64,000 nucleotides of DNA from Schmidtea nova (Eukaryota), in contig CM097882.1 in the NCBI GenBank assembly GCA_044892505.1, positions 385,268,001 through 385,332,000 of the forward strand, given 5' to 3'. The position numbers were made by a program, and so were the translations under genes. Positions 14,571-25,189 of the stretch are shown one piece after another. The stretch's first letter is position 1. The number at the start of each line of letters is the position of its first letter. The notes under the pieces were generated by a model that did no database searches, had not been told where the DNA came from, and saw nothing but the letters and a program-made list of their open reading frames with translations.

Positions 14571-17216
14571 ACTTTTGCAAGCAGAACTTAATTTTCAACG
14601 AAATGATTCAAAATGAGTTTCCGGTTCTTTTTTTAGCATTAAAAATATTTTTACAATAATTTTTCTCTTAGCAAGTTTTGTTTTTCAATTTCTTTTTTCC
14701 ATGCTTTATATAAGGTTGCTTTCTATATATATGTGTGTGCCACAAAATTACAAATCAATTTTTTAGTGCTTTTTTCTCAACCGATTCACTTCAAATTTTG
14801 CACACTTGCTCACTTCCGGTGACAATACATGGAAATTGAAAAAAAATTTGAAAACAAATTTTTTTTAAAAATCTTTTTTGAGGACACACGAAAAATGTAA
14901 TATAATTTTCCCTTCTACAAAATATAACAAAAAAAAATTTCTCAGCCAAGTGGAGTTCTGCTCGCATAAAGCATGGATTTGAAAAAAGAATTTTTTTTTG
15001 ATTTACTAGTTAACAATAAAAAAAGTTTAAAAAAAGTTTTTTTTTATATTTAGTTGGTTATTTACAAACAATATTTATGATTTTCATAAAGTACAAAAAT
15101 ATTTGAGATTTATGATGAAAGTGATAAAAATATGAAAAAATTATGAAGTTACTTTAATTTAATTTATGTATAATAAAATGTTAAAAGTGAAATAAACTGT
15201 AACTTGTCAATAAAATTTCGATTTTCTTTCAAGAATAGAATATTAATTAATCCCTGTTCACAAGTAATCTTTGTACTGTAAGTGCTACCGTGTTTTGGTC
15301 GTTAATGCAAGATAGAGCACCGGCTCACAAAACCAAGAATATTGCCAAACCTCAAGTTGATTATAAAAAGATTACCTTTTATTTGATTTCAAAAATCCAA
15401 AAAAATAATTAAGACATCATTTCTAAATGTGATTCTGCCAGAGGAATTTATGGAATGTTTTTAAAAGGTTTTACAACCGTTTCTATCAGTGTATTGACTC
15501 ATGAATATTTATATGAATAATAAATAATAGAAAAAAATAATTAACCATTTTCTTTTTTATTTGACCCTAGTCACCTTTTTAATGGGTCAGATTGTGTTTG
15601 ATACAAATTGTTAATTAATAATATTTTTGTTTACAAAATTTCTGAAAACTCCATGGTCAACCGCTACATCAGATCTAATATACATTTAGCAGAGACCAAT
15701 TCTGAAAATATTATTTTTCATTTTTATTCTAAATTTTATTTTCAATTATTTATACTATCAATTTCACGAATTTCACGAATTTATCATGTTAATTAGTAAC
15801 AATTTTTTGTTCGTTCATTGCTTAATGTTTCTTTGTAACATTGAGGAATTTCGATATTTAATATGTATATTGTTACAGTCTTTTTTTATTATCTCTATTT
15901 CATTCAAGGTCAGAAAGAAATATTCTTTGAAACTTGTCATATCCTCAACTCAAATTTCTATCTTGGAAGTTATTCTTTAACTGTCTGATCCATGTCTTTT
16001 GAATCACAGCATTAAAATATTGTTTTATCTCAATATCAATATGGACACCAATTGGTGTTTTACACCTGGTGTTACACATGAAATGGAGTAACACCAATTG
16101 GTGTTTTGGCCACTTAGTGTTTCATTCTACTTTTCTTTACACTTCGTTGATTTTAGAAAGAAAGAAAGGTTTCTAGTTTTTCAGGATATCCTAGAGGCAT
16201 AATATCCGCCTTAAAATTAAGTCATAAGTTTTATGTGTTTCATTACGGTTTTCTAAGATTTCCATAAATTCGAAAAAGCGTCTCTTTTTATAACACTGTT
16301 TAGATCTTGTATCAATTCAATGTATTATTTTTTGCTCGCACGTCAATTTTATCAAATTTTCGAAAACAATATATGAGAAAGTTAAAATGTTACAAAAGCC
16401 GCGGGAAAAAATTAACAAAATTCTAGACGAAGAGAATATGTTAACTGTCTTCTCAGCGTTTTTATAATAATCGGATTTTATGTCCAACTATATTGCATGG
16501 TCTGTATTTGTTATTGTATTTGTATTTTTATTGTTAAAAAGTATTTATTTTTATTCAAATCATGTGCTATTAATGTTTTTTTCTAACTAAAGAAATTTTA
16601 GAATTAATTTTTTAAAAGTTATTTAATTTAATATTTTTTATAAATGATTGATCATCATAAAATTGAAGAGACAAATGTTAACACTTCATTAAAGTAATCG
16701 AGCTAACAAGAGTCTGTCAAGTAATAAAGTTTAATTTTGTTGAGAGAAGTGTTTCTTATCAAGTTATGAAATTTATTTCTTAATCAATCCCATTCTTAAG
16801 CAATTAATATTTGTTTTATTAGTTTTTATTATTTTCCCAGTGACAGAAATTGCTATTAAATGACAATAAAAACCATCCTTCTTCTGAATTCTTTGCTATT
16901 ATGAATTTAACAATTCAATGTCTTTAATGTATCCATTTATTAAATTGAAAAATTATTTTTAAATTGATNNNNNNNNNNNNNNNNNNNNNNNNNNNNNNNN
17001 NNNNNNNNNNNNNNNNNNNNNNNNNNNNNNNNNNNNNNNNNNNNNNNNNNNNNNNNNNNNNNNNNNNNNNNNNNNNNNNNNNNNNNNNNNNNNNNNNNNN
17101 NNNNNNNNNNNNNNNNNNNNNNNNNNNNNNNNNNNNNNNNNNNNNNNNNNNNNNNNNNNNNNNNNNNNNNNNNNNNNNNNNNNNNNNNNNNNNNNNNNNN
17201 NNNNNNNNNNNNNNNN

Positions 17217-18991
17217 GCACTTTTTTTTTGAAAATAAAAAAAATAGCACTTTTTTTGAATTAATAAAAAATATAGCACTTTTTTTGAATTAATAAAAAAT
17301 ATAGCACTTTTTTTGAAATAATAAAAAATATAGCACTTTTTTTGAAATAATAAAAAATATAGCACTTTTTTTGAATTAATAAAAAATATAGCACTTTTTT
17401 TGAAATAATAAAAAATATAGCACTTTTTTTGAAATAATAAAAAATATAGCACTTTTTTTGAAATAATAAAGCACACTTTAATAAAGCACACTTTATAAAT
17501 AGCACACTTTATAAAACAATAAAATAAATAGCACACTTTATAAAACAATAAAATAAATAGCGCATTTTAAAAAAGATACAGAAAGGATATATTTAACGAA
17601 GAAACAATTCTTAAAAAAGCCGAAAAATAAAGGTTTATTTCTATTTTTCTGCATATTCCCGGATTCTTTTAATTTTGGGTCTTCCTCGACCTTTTTTCAT
17701 TATAGGAGCTTTAAGATCCGATTTTTCAATGTTAAACGAACTCAAAGGTAAAATACTTTGGGAGTATTGTTTATAATAAGTTTCACTAAGATGAACATTT
17801 GCGACAAAACTAACGGGATCAACATAATTACTTTCTAAAACGGACCACATATGCGCACAAGGAATCCCCACATCTTCGGTTATTTTACATTCACATGTTT
17901 TGCTCTCTAAATCTACCTTGTATTTATTATCAACTAAAAAAACATCCTTGTTAGATCGTAAAATATTCATTAATCGACCTCTGGATATATTCTTGTTTAA
18001 AATGCTATAAGAATTTTTTGTTATTGGACTATCAAATTTCTTGCTTTTTCTCTCTGCATATTTTTCCATCGTATAATTATTTAGATGGATTATAAAGGTA
18101 GATATGTCTAAACTGATGAACTTCTTTATCGCAGAGTTTATAGACTCGGCTGGGTTATTGGTATTTTTCCCATATCTGGCAATGGGAAAAGCCGAGTTTG
18201 CCCAGGTCTCAACATTGCTTGCAATTAATCTATCATAGAAATTCAAGTTTTTTTCTTTGATACTGGCCATACAATCATCAAACTCTTTTTTGCAATACGT
18301 ATTGGCTGCTTTATAAAATAAACTTTGGCAAAGTTTATCTTTAAAATCTTTTTTTAAGTTTTTTCCAAAATGTCTTATGCATATGCTTTTAAACGCTTCC
18401 GGGGCTACTGTTCTTATTGCATTTGAAATTCCCTTATCTTTGTCGGAAATTATAATTGTTTTTTTGTTGTTTAGACCTAGAACAAGATTTAGTTCTTGTA
18501 AAAACCAGGTCCAACTAGCCGAACTCTCCCCAAAAAAATAAAACAACGAAAAAGTTAATACACCAAATATAAATTAATAAATGAATTCCTTATTTTTAAT
18601 TTTTAGGCTTTTTTATAATTATTTCTTCGTTCTATATATCCTTTTTAAATGTTCTATTTTTTTATTGTTTTATAAAGTGTGCTATATTTTTTATTATTTC
18701 AAAAAAAGTGCTATAATTTTTATTATTTCAAAAAAAGTGCTATATTTTTTATTATTTCAAAAAAAGTGCTATAATTTTTATTATTTCAAAAAAAGTGCTA
18801 TATTTTTTATTATTTCAAAAAAAGTGCTATATTTTTTATTATTTCAAAAAAAGTGCTATATTTTTTATTATTTCAAAAAAAGTGCTATATTTTTTATTAT
18901 TTCAAAAAAAGTGCTATATTTTTTATTATTTCAAAAAAAGTGCTATTTTTTTTATTTTTAAGAAAAAAAGTGCTATTTTTTTTAATGCCCC
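17217..18991 (-). mobile_element. Mutator-like element (MULE) with foldback-type tandem-repeat TIRs
   Basis: Left arm is an array of gcactttttttgaaataataaaaaatata and right arm is the inverted 29-bp array aaaaaaagtgctatattttttattatttc, ending ...taatgcccc (GGGG terminus). Left end lost in the N-gap; central MULE ORF. Confidence 0.85.
17641..18546 (-). CDS. MULE transposase, C-terminal part (DDE remainder, SWIM zinc finger, AT-hook)
   Basis: ESSASWTWFL...IISDKDKGISNA...CIRH...NTNNPAESINSAIK, SWIM CECKITEDVGIPCAH, AT-hook KGRGRPK. Uninterrupted for 301 codons, but the N-terminus and an ATG are missing. Confidence 0.85.
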   Translation of the reverse strand: MFYFFGESSASWTWFLQELNLVLGLNNKKTIIISDKDKGISNAIRTVAPEAFKSICIRHFGKNLKKDFKDKLCQSLFYKAANTYCKKEFDDCMASIKEKNLNFYDRLIASNVETWANSAFPIARYGKNTNNPAESINSAIKKFISLDISTFIIHLNNYTMEKYAERKSKKFDSPITKNSYSILNKNISRGRLMNILRSNKDVFLVDNKYKVDLESKTCECKITEDVGIPCAHMWSVLESNYVDPVSFVANVHLSETYYKQYSQSILPLSSFNIEKSDLKAPIMKKGRGRPKIKRIREYAEK

Positions 18992-19580
18992 ATATATATA
19001 ATATAATATAATGAAACTAAAATTATCTTCATGTTAATTAAAATTTTAGTTTCAAATTGCGTAATAAATATTTTTTTAATCCCTTTGAAATAAGAAATTT
19101 CGACTTTACATTATTATTATTATTAAAAATTATATTTCCAAAATTAAAAAAATTTCGAATTGTTTTTGAAATAAAATTTCCTACGTTCTTATATATTCTT
19201 TTAGAATAATTTATTCATATTTTAATGCATAAGGATATCAGGAATAGAAATACATAATACAACATATAGAAAATTTCAATCAACAAAATTTATTAAAATA
19301 CTTTGAATTATGCTTTTAATTAAAGTTTATTTTTTTAGCAAAATTAAGAATCCGAAAGAAACCCACCTGAGAGGTAAATAAGACGGTTGATTTTTATTTA
19401 AATTTTTAAAATTAAAATTTTAATAATAATAAAAAGCAAAAAAAAATTAATGAAATAATTTATTTTAACTAAAATGATCTGAAACCAGTTCACATAATTT
19501 TAAAAAATGTCACTAGAATTGATTCCACCGTTTTGATTATCAAGGAATCTTTGACAAAGATAAATTTATTAATATAAAAG

Positions 19581-20486
19581 TAGGGTGGCCAGAGGATTTT
19601 TCAAAAAAAACGGACATTTTCAAGAAAAAAACGGACATTTACATAAACTGATAAAATGCAACAGTTATATAATGAAATAGTATATTTTAAACTTCAAAAG
19701 TTAACAACGGTATATTAAGTCTTTATTTTTTAAGTATTTTTCACTTGAAATTACATTATTTAAAAAGTCATGATCATTTTTTATACGCTCGTAGAACTCC
19801 TACGGAAAATCAATTGCTACCTAACAATTGATTTTTCAATGTCATCCCATGTTGGAGAATTATACATTATCATCCACATAAAAGTCTGTGTTCCGTCCAG
19901 TGCATTTTCCCATATACTCAAGTAATAACCTCATAAAACTCAGCGACCTTAACTTTTGATTCATTTTCGGTACGTTCATCAAGATTTTGAAATTCCAAAA
20001 GCGATTCTCTGGGTAAAAAACAAAAATTTTGACGATTAGCCAATTTGTCCTTAAGAATCTTCAACTGATTAGCAATCTCAAATACTTTTATATTTGAACT
20101 TTCAATGATTTTAATTGAGTCGTTGAAATTGTATACACTCACTTGACAATTAAATAACTTAAATTACAGAAAATAATTAATTTTCACTGTTGAATCAAAT
20201 ATGGTAAACAATCAGAGTAATTCATATGTAGAAACTATGCACTTTTTTCCACCAACAGAAAATTTAAATTTCATTAGATCGTTAGAAATTTAATTGCATC
20301 AGAATATTATATTTCACATCTAAAGTATTTTTAAATTAATTAAACTAAGTACAAAAATAATTTGTAAAACAAAAAATTTTAAACTCTTCATGAAAAAAAC
20401 GGACAAAATCTTTGCAAAAACGTACAACGGACAAGTGATGAAAAAAACGGACTGTCCGTTGAAAATAGTCACATCTGGTCACTCTA
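19581..20486 (-). mobile_element. Internally deleted hAT element (TAGGGTG-type TIR)
   Basis: TIRs tagggtggccaga / tctggtcactcta, 8-bp TSD tataaaag/tatataag, subterminal aaaacggac repeats at both ends. Internal fragment (19918-20142) is similar to the hAT ORF at 39730. Confidence 0.85.
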
Positions 20487-20494
20487 TATATAAG

Positions 20495-20715
20495 TCTATG
20501 TTATCAACATTGGTCAAATTTGGAATATAAGTTTTAAGGATCTCCAGCATCTTTCAATTGTATTTGTATGACAAATATTTCAAAAACCTACAAAGATTGG
20601 CCCCTCTTTGTCTTGCACCAACTGCCCAAACGGATTGTTTAACAATTACTCTCCTAACATGATATTTTCTCATAAATACACGAGATTCGTCAACTTCGAT
20701 AATCCCATTATTTCT
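20495..20715 (-). pseudogene. Merlin/ISXO2 (IS1016-like) transposase remnant
   Basis: Minus strand reads GIIEVDESRVFMRKYHVRR...WAVG and, after a deletion/frameshift, CHTNTIERCWRSLKTYIP. These are the VEIDES..KRKY and HTNTIExxW motifs. Confidence 0.7.
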
Positions 20716-22917
20716 TTCTAAAATTGGGATTGTTTGGTTAAATTTAAATTTTAAAAATTTAAATAAAAATTACACCACCCNNNNNNNNNNNNNNNNNNNN
20801 NNNNNNNNNNNNNNNNNNNNNNNNNNNNNNNNNNNNNNNNNNNNNNNNNNNNNNNNNNNNNNNNNNNNNNNNNNNNNNNNNNNNNNNNNNNNNNNNNNNN
20901 NNNNNNNNNNNNNNNNNNNNNNNNNNNNNNNNNNNNNNNNNNNNNNNNNNNNNNNNNNNNNNNNNNNNNNNNNNNNNNNNNNNNNNNNNNNNNNNNNNNN
21001 NNNNNNNNNNNNNNNNNNNNNNNNNNNNNNNNNNNNNNNNNNNNNNNNNNNNNNNNNNNNNNNNNNNNNNNNNNNNNNNNNNNNNNNNNNNNNNNNNNNN
21101 NNNNNNNNNNNNNNNNNNNNNNAATTAATATTATTACTAGTCTTTGGTATTCCATTATGTTATTATTGAATTCCCTCATTAATACATTCTTATATAATAG
21201 ATAAAATTATTTTTAAAATTTATTAACGACTTCACTGGATAAAACATTTTGCTCCACCTTTGGTCCCAAAGTGTCTATTAAATTCAAAACAAGAAAATCA
21301 TAATATGTAAATACATCATAACAATAAAAGCCTTCCATTTGAAATAATTTCGAAAAGAAATAATAAATAATTTATAAACTTATAATGTTGATGATTGACT
21401 TACTTAATTACGCTATTTAATTTTTATAAAACATAAACGAAAAGAAAAAAAATATTTTCTTGAATATAACCGGAGGATTTAATTAATTATGAAATGTTTT
21501 CATAATGAATTGCAATATATATGCTCCCATTTGTCATTAAGAGGGAAACAATAAATGCAAATTAATTAGTTAGGCTAATAATATTAATTTACGATTTCAA
21601 AAAAAGAAATTTAAAATTGACCAAAATTAAAATTATAACTGAAATTGATTATTGAAAAATTAAAATTTGACGAATTTATTTACGAATTATTAGGAAAGCA
21701 GACATTTTACATGTGAAAAGCAACAGCTGTTTTTAGTGTACAGTAGAAATAAGAACATTTTATAAAAATGAATTCTACAAAACCAAGCTTCACTAAAAAA
21801 GTACATAAATATTTGAAAATGATATTATTTTATTTTCCAAAATATATCAGATAAGGTTAATTGAATTCATATTAGAAATGATAAGTGAAGACAACCGAGA
21901 GTACAATAATCTAATACATATTATTGCATTTTCTAAAGTAAATTATGAAGGGTCTTATGTTAATATTTAACATTTTTGTAAAACATTTTTAAATAGTAAA
22001 AAGAAAAAATCGATTATAATTTTCATTATTTTCATATCAATTTATTATAATAACATCATTTAGTAAATTTTACAATATGTATTCTTTAACATTATTCTTC
22101 AATGAAAGTTATCAAAATCTCTTGAAATATTTGTCAACTTCAAAACTAAATACACAATAAATCAAAATATATTTTATATTAAAAATATAAACTGATTTAA
22201 ACTAATGCAATTTTCTCTCCAACCGGTAATTGATGATCATAAAAGTAATTGATACATTACAAGCGTTATCCGACAACAAATCGACAACAACATTGTATTG
22301 AAAAAAGTCATCGAAGCAATCGTAAAACTCAATAGAACGTGAATCGGATAATGTTTTCTTTAATATCGCTGCTTCCACTTGTTTTAGTATGCTCTACAAC
22401 TCGTATTCAGAGAAGACCAGATAAGAATAATACGAAATAAGTATTTAATAAAAATTTAATGCTTAATAATTATCTATAAACTCAAGCCTTAAATTTATTT
22501 TTAAATCATCAACATGAAATTTAATATCGGTTTTTTAAGGCCTTAAATTTCTATTTAATGTTTTAGATTTTGTTGTTTAAATCACTGGTGAATTTCTCAT
22601 GTTACAGATAAAATTATATATTTAATATCGAATTAAAATCTGTTAAATGAAAATGAAAGACTTTCTCTCCAAAATGTATATTTATGGCATTATTTTCCCT
22701 ATCAAATTATTTATTTAGGGTCCAGTCTTTCAAGTTTTACGAATTTTAGAAATATTTAAAAATTTCTTAAAGTCACGTCTTAGTTTAAATTAAGTGTAAA
22801 ATATGATATTAAAATAAATAATATTTGAAAAATATTTTTAAAAATACAATAAAATGCTTCAATAAAAGATCCTTCATTCTTTGACCATTTTTATACTGTC
22901 ACGTGTTTTTATTATTA

Positions 22918-23013
22918 TTATTATTAATATCAATAATTCCCATATTGGATGGCTATAGATCAAAATTTCTTTAAATAAGTACACAATATTTCGGCACAGC
23001 CTTTATCAAGTGT
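22918..23013 (-). repeat. Family B ~130-bp repeat copy (candidate variant hammerhead core at 22981-23013)
   Basis: Exact reverse complement of acacttgataaaggctgtgccgaaatattgtgt plus the shared gatctatag tail. Confidence 0.8.
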
Positions 23014-23014
23014 A

Positions 23015-23047
<33 letters not shown>

Positions 23048-23095
23048 ACAAAAAAAGCTTGTGATTTTCTTTGTGATACCCAGTGCAAATCCCCA

Positions 23096-23137
23096 ATAGC
23101 AGACTAGTTTCGAGCTTTTGGCTCTCATCAGTGCTAT
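23096..23137 (-). ncRNA. Minimal type I hammerhead ribozyme (identical inverted copy)
   Basis: Exact reverse complement of 23570-23611. Confidence 0.9.
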
Positions 23138-23569
23138 GCAGGAGACGCGAAAATTTCTCTCCGCGCCAGGTAAGTATAAAACAAAGTCGAAAGATTTTGT
23201 TATATACTATACCTGGTACACTGGATAAAACATCACTTGAATATGCAAGGTCCTACAGATAATCTGTAACTTGCAAACATGGCGTATGAATTTCATTTTC
23301 ACCTCTGCGCACTAAAAGTGTTCAACAGAAACTGTTTGCAAGCGCACCCGACTGCCTTAGCTTCATTATTTCAATTTTTTGAAATATCTTTTGAAAAAAA
23401 CATTTGTCGGATGACTTATTTGTTTTAAACAAAAAAAGCTTGTGATTTTCTTTGTGATACCCATATTCAAGTGATGTTTTATCCAGTGTACCAGGTATAG
23501 TATATAACAAAATCTTTCGACTTTGTTTTATACTTACCTGGCGCGGAGAGAAATTTTCGCGTCTCCTGC

Positions 23570-23611
23570 ATAGCACTGATGAGAGCCAAAAGCTCGAAAC
23601 TAGTCTGCTAT
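23570..23611 (+). ncRNA. Minimal type I hammerhead ribozyme
   Basis: ATAGCA-CTGATGA-GAGC caaaa GCTC-GAAA-CTAG-TC-TGCTAT: 6-bp stem I, full core, 4-bp stem II, palindromic A-CUAG-U stem III, GUC cleavage after 23605. Confidence 0.9.
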
Positions 23612-23918
23612 TGGGGATTTGCACTGGGTATCACAAAGAAAATCACAAGCTTTTTTTGTTTAAAACAAATAAGTTATNNNNNNNNNNNNNNNNNNNNNNN
23701 NNNNNNNNNNNNNNNNNNNNNNNNNNNNNNNNNNNNNNNNNNNNNNNNNNNNNNNNNNNNNNNNNNNNNNNNNNNNNNNNNNNNNNNNNNNNNNNNNNNN
23801 NNNNNNNNNNNNNNNNNNNNNNNNNNNNNNNNNNNNNNNNNNNNNNNNNNNNNNNNNNNNNNNNNNNNNNNNNNNNNNNNNNNNNNNNNNNNNNNNNNNN
23901 NNNNTGATCTTTTTTTAA

Positions 23919-23949
<31 letters not shown>

Positions 23950-25189
23950 GAATTAAAAAATTAATTTTTATTTTAAAAATACTGTTTTTATTTATTGTTA
24001 GCTTCAGAACATATTGTATTATTGTTCACAGATTAAATTTTTAATATAATTAAAGATAAAAATTTGTAAATGAAAATCTTTCCAATGTAGTATACNNNNN
24101 NNNNNNNNNNNNNNNNNNNNNNNNNNNNNNNNNNNNNNNNNNNNNNNNNNNNNNNNNNNNNNNNNNNNNNNNNNNNNNNNNNNNNNNNNNNNNNNNNNNN
24201 NNNNNNNNNNNNNNNNNNNNNNNNATATAATTTTTACAACTTTAGGCTATTGTGGAAAATTCGAGGTTACAAAAATAATTGACTCCTAAATATAAAAATG
24301 AAATAATTTATTAATTATAAATAACTATATATAATTAGCCAGTTGCATTTGTATTATTTTTATTAACAACATTCTAAAAATTGTCAGAATATACAGTCTA
24401 AAAGTTTTGTTCCATCCTTATATTAGAAATTTCCTAAATATCTATCAAATATGGGAAAACAAATATTTTTCTTATCTAATATTTATTTTACAAATAACTT
24501 TCAAATATGAATTAAAGTTTTACTAACACAATATTATTTCTTCGAAATTTATTTATATAATTATCCTTTACTTAATTTTCATAAAATTATCCTGAGATCT
24601 CAGTATTTAAGATGAAATACAAATATTAAAGTGTCAACAGTAAATAACACCAGAAATGAAACATGTGATCAAGAAAGATGACAATTTGTAACAATAAGAA
24701 GAGATTAATCCTAAATGTTGTTACATTATATTTCTGACTAACATTAAATTCATTAAACTTTATTTTTCTGATAATTGTTTGCTTTGGTGAATATTTTACA
24801 TTTTTAAATTTATGCATAATTTAATATCCATTATTATTGGTTGCTTATTATTCTTTAATCACTGTTCTGGTGTGTTTAAAAAATATTTAAATTTTCCCAA
24901 GGAAATACATTATTTAAACAAATATATTTAACGAAACAATTTCCAACTAATTTCTATGGAAACCAGTAAAAAAATATTTCTTTTTACACCACAGTTAAAA
25001 ACATTTCTGCATTAGCTTAATCGTCCAACCTACTGAAATATAATCTAAGATCAAAAATAATTCCGAACAAATCAATAATAATTTTTAATAATTTTAAACA
25101 AACAAAGCTTTGAATCATTTCTCCAAACTTTACGAGAGTTTGAAATCACAATTTTTGGTTGCTTTCTTCGACGAAGAAATAATTTCAAA

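Larger units (their letters stand above)
23044..23677. mobile_element. Family A: non-coding hammerhead retroelement (retrozyme-like); 1.1 tandem units on - strand joined to an inverted partial unit on +
   Basis: - strand 23462 to 23044 is terminally redundant with a 381-nt period (gataccc at 23075 and 23456). The + strand copy 23463-23677 runs into a gap. A third copy lies at 41321-41680. Confidence 0.85.

Noticed and set aside
10765-15700. Tc1-like scraps (10790-10890 HTH-like; 15305-15360 MQDRAPAH)
   Set aside because: They are plausible relics, but each rests on one short motif with no ends, so they are not listed as features.
17217-18961. 29-bp arrays as a CRISPR array, and ORFs 16940-17548, 17260-17505, 18581-18961 and 18795-19001
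   Set aside because: The repeats are contiguous with no unique spacers and form the two inverted arms of a MULE; the ORFs are translations of the repeat.
23530-23700. A genuine U1 snRNA gene
   Set aside because: Only the first ~14 nt match. There is no U1-70K loop (GATCACGAAG), no canonical stem-loop II or Sm site at the expected spacing, and the sequence continues into a hammerhead.
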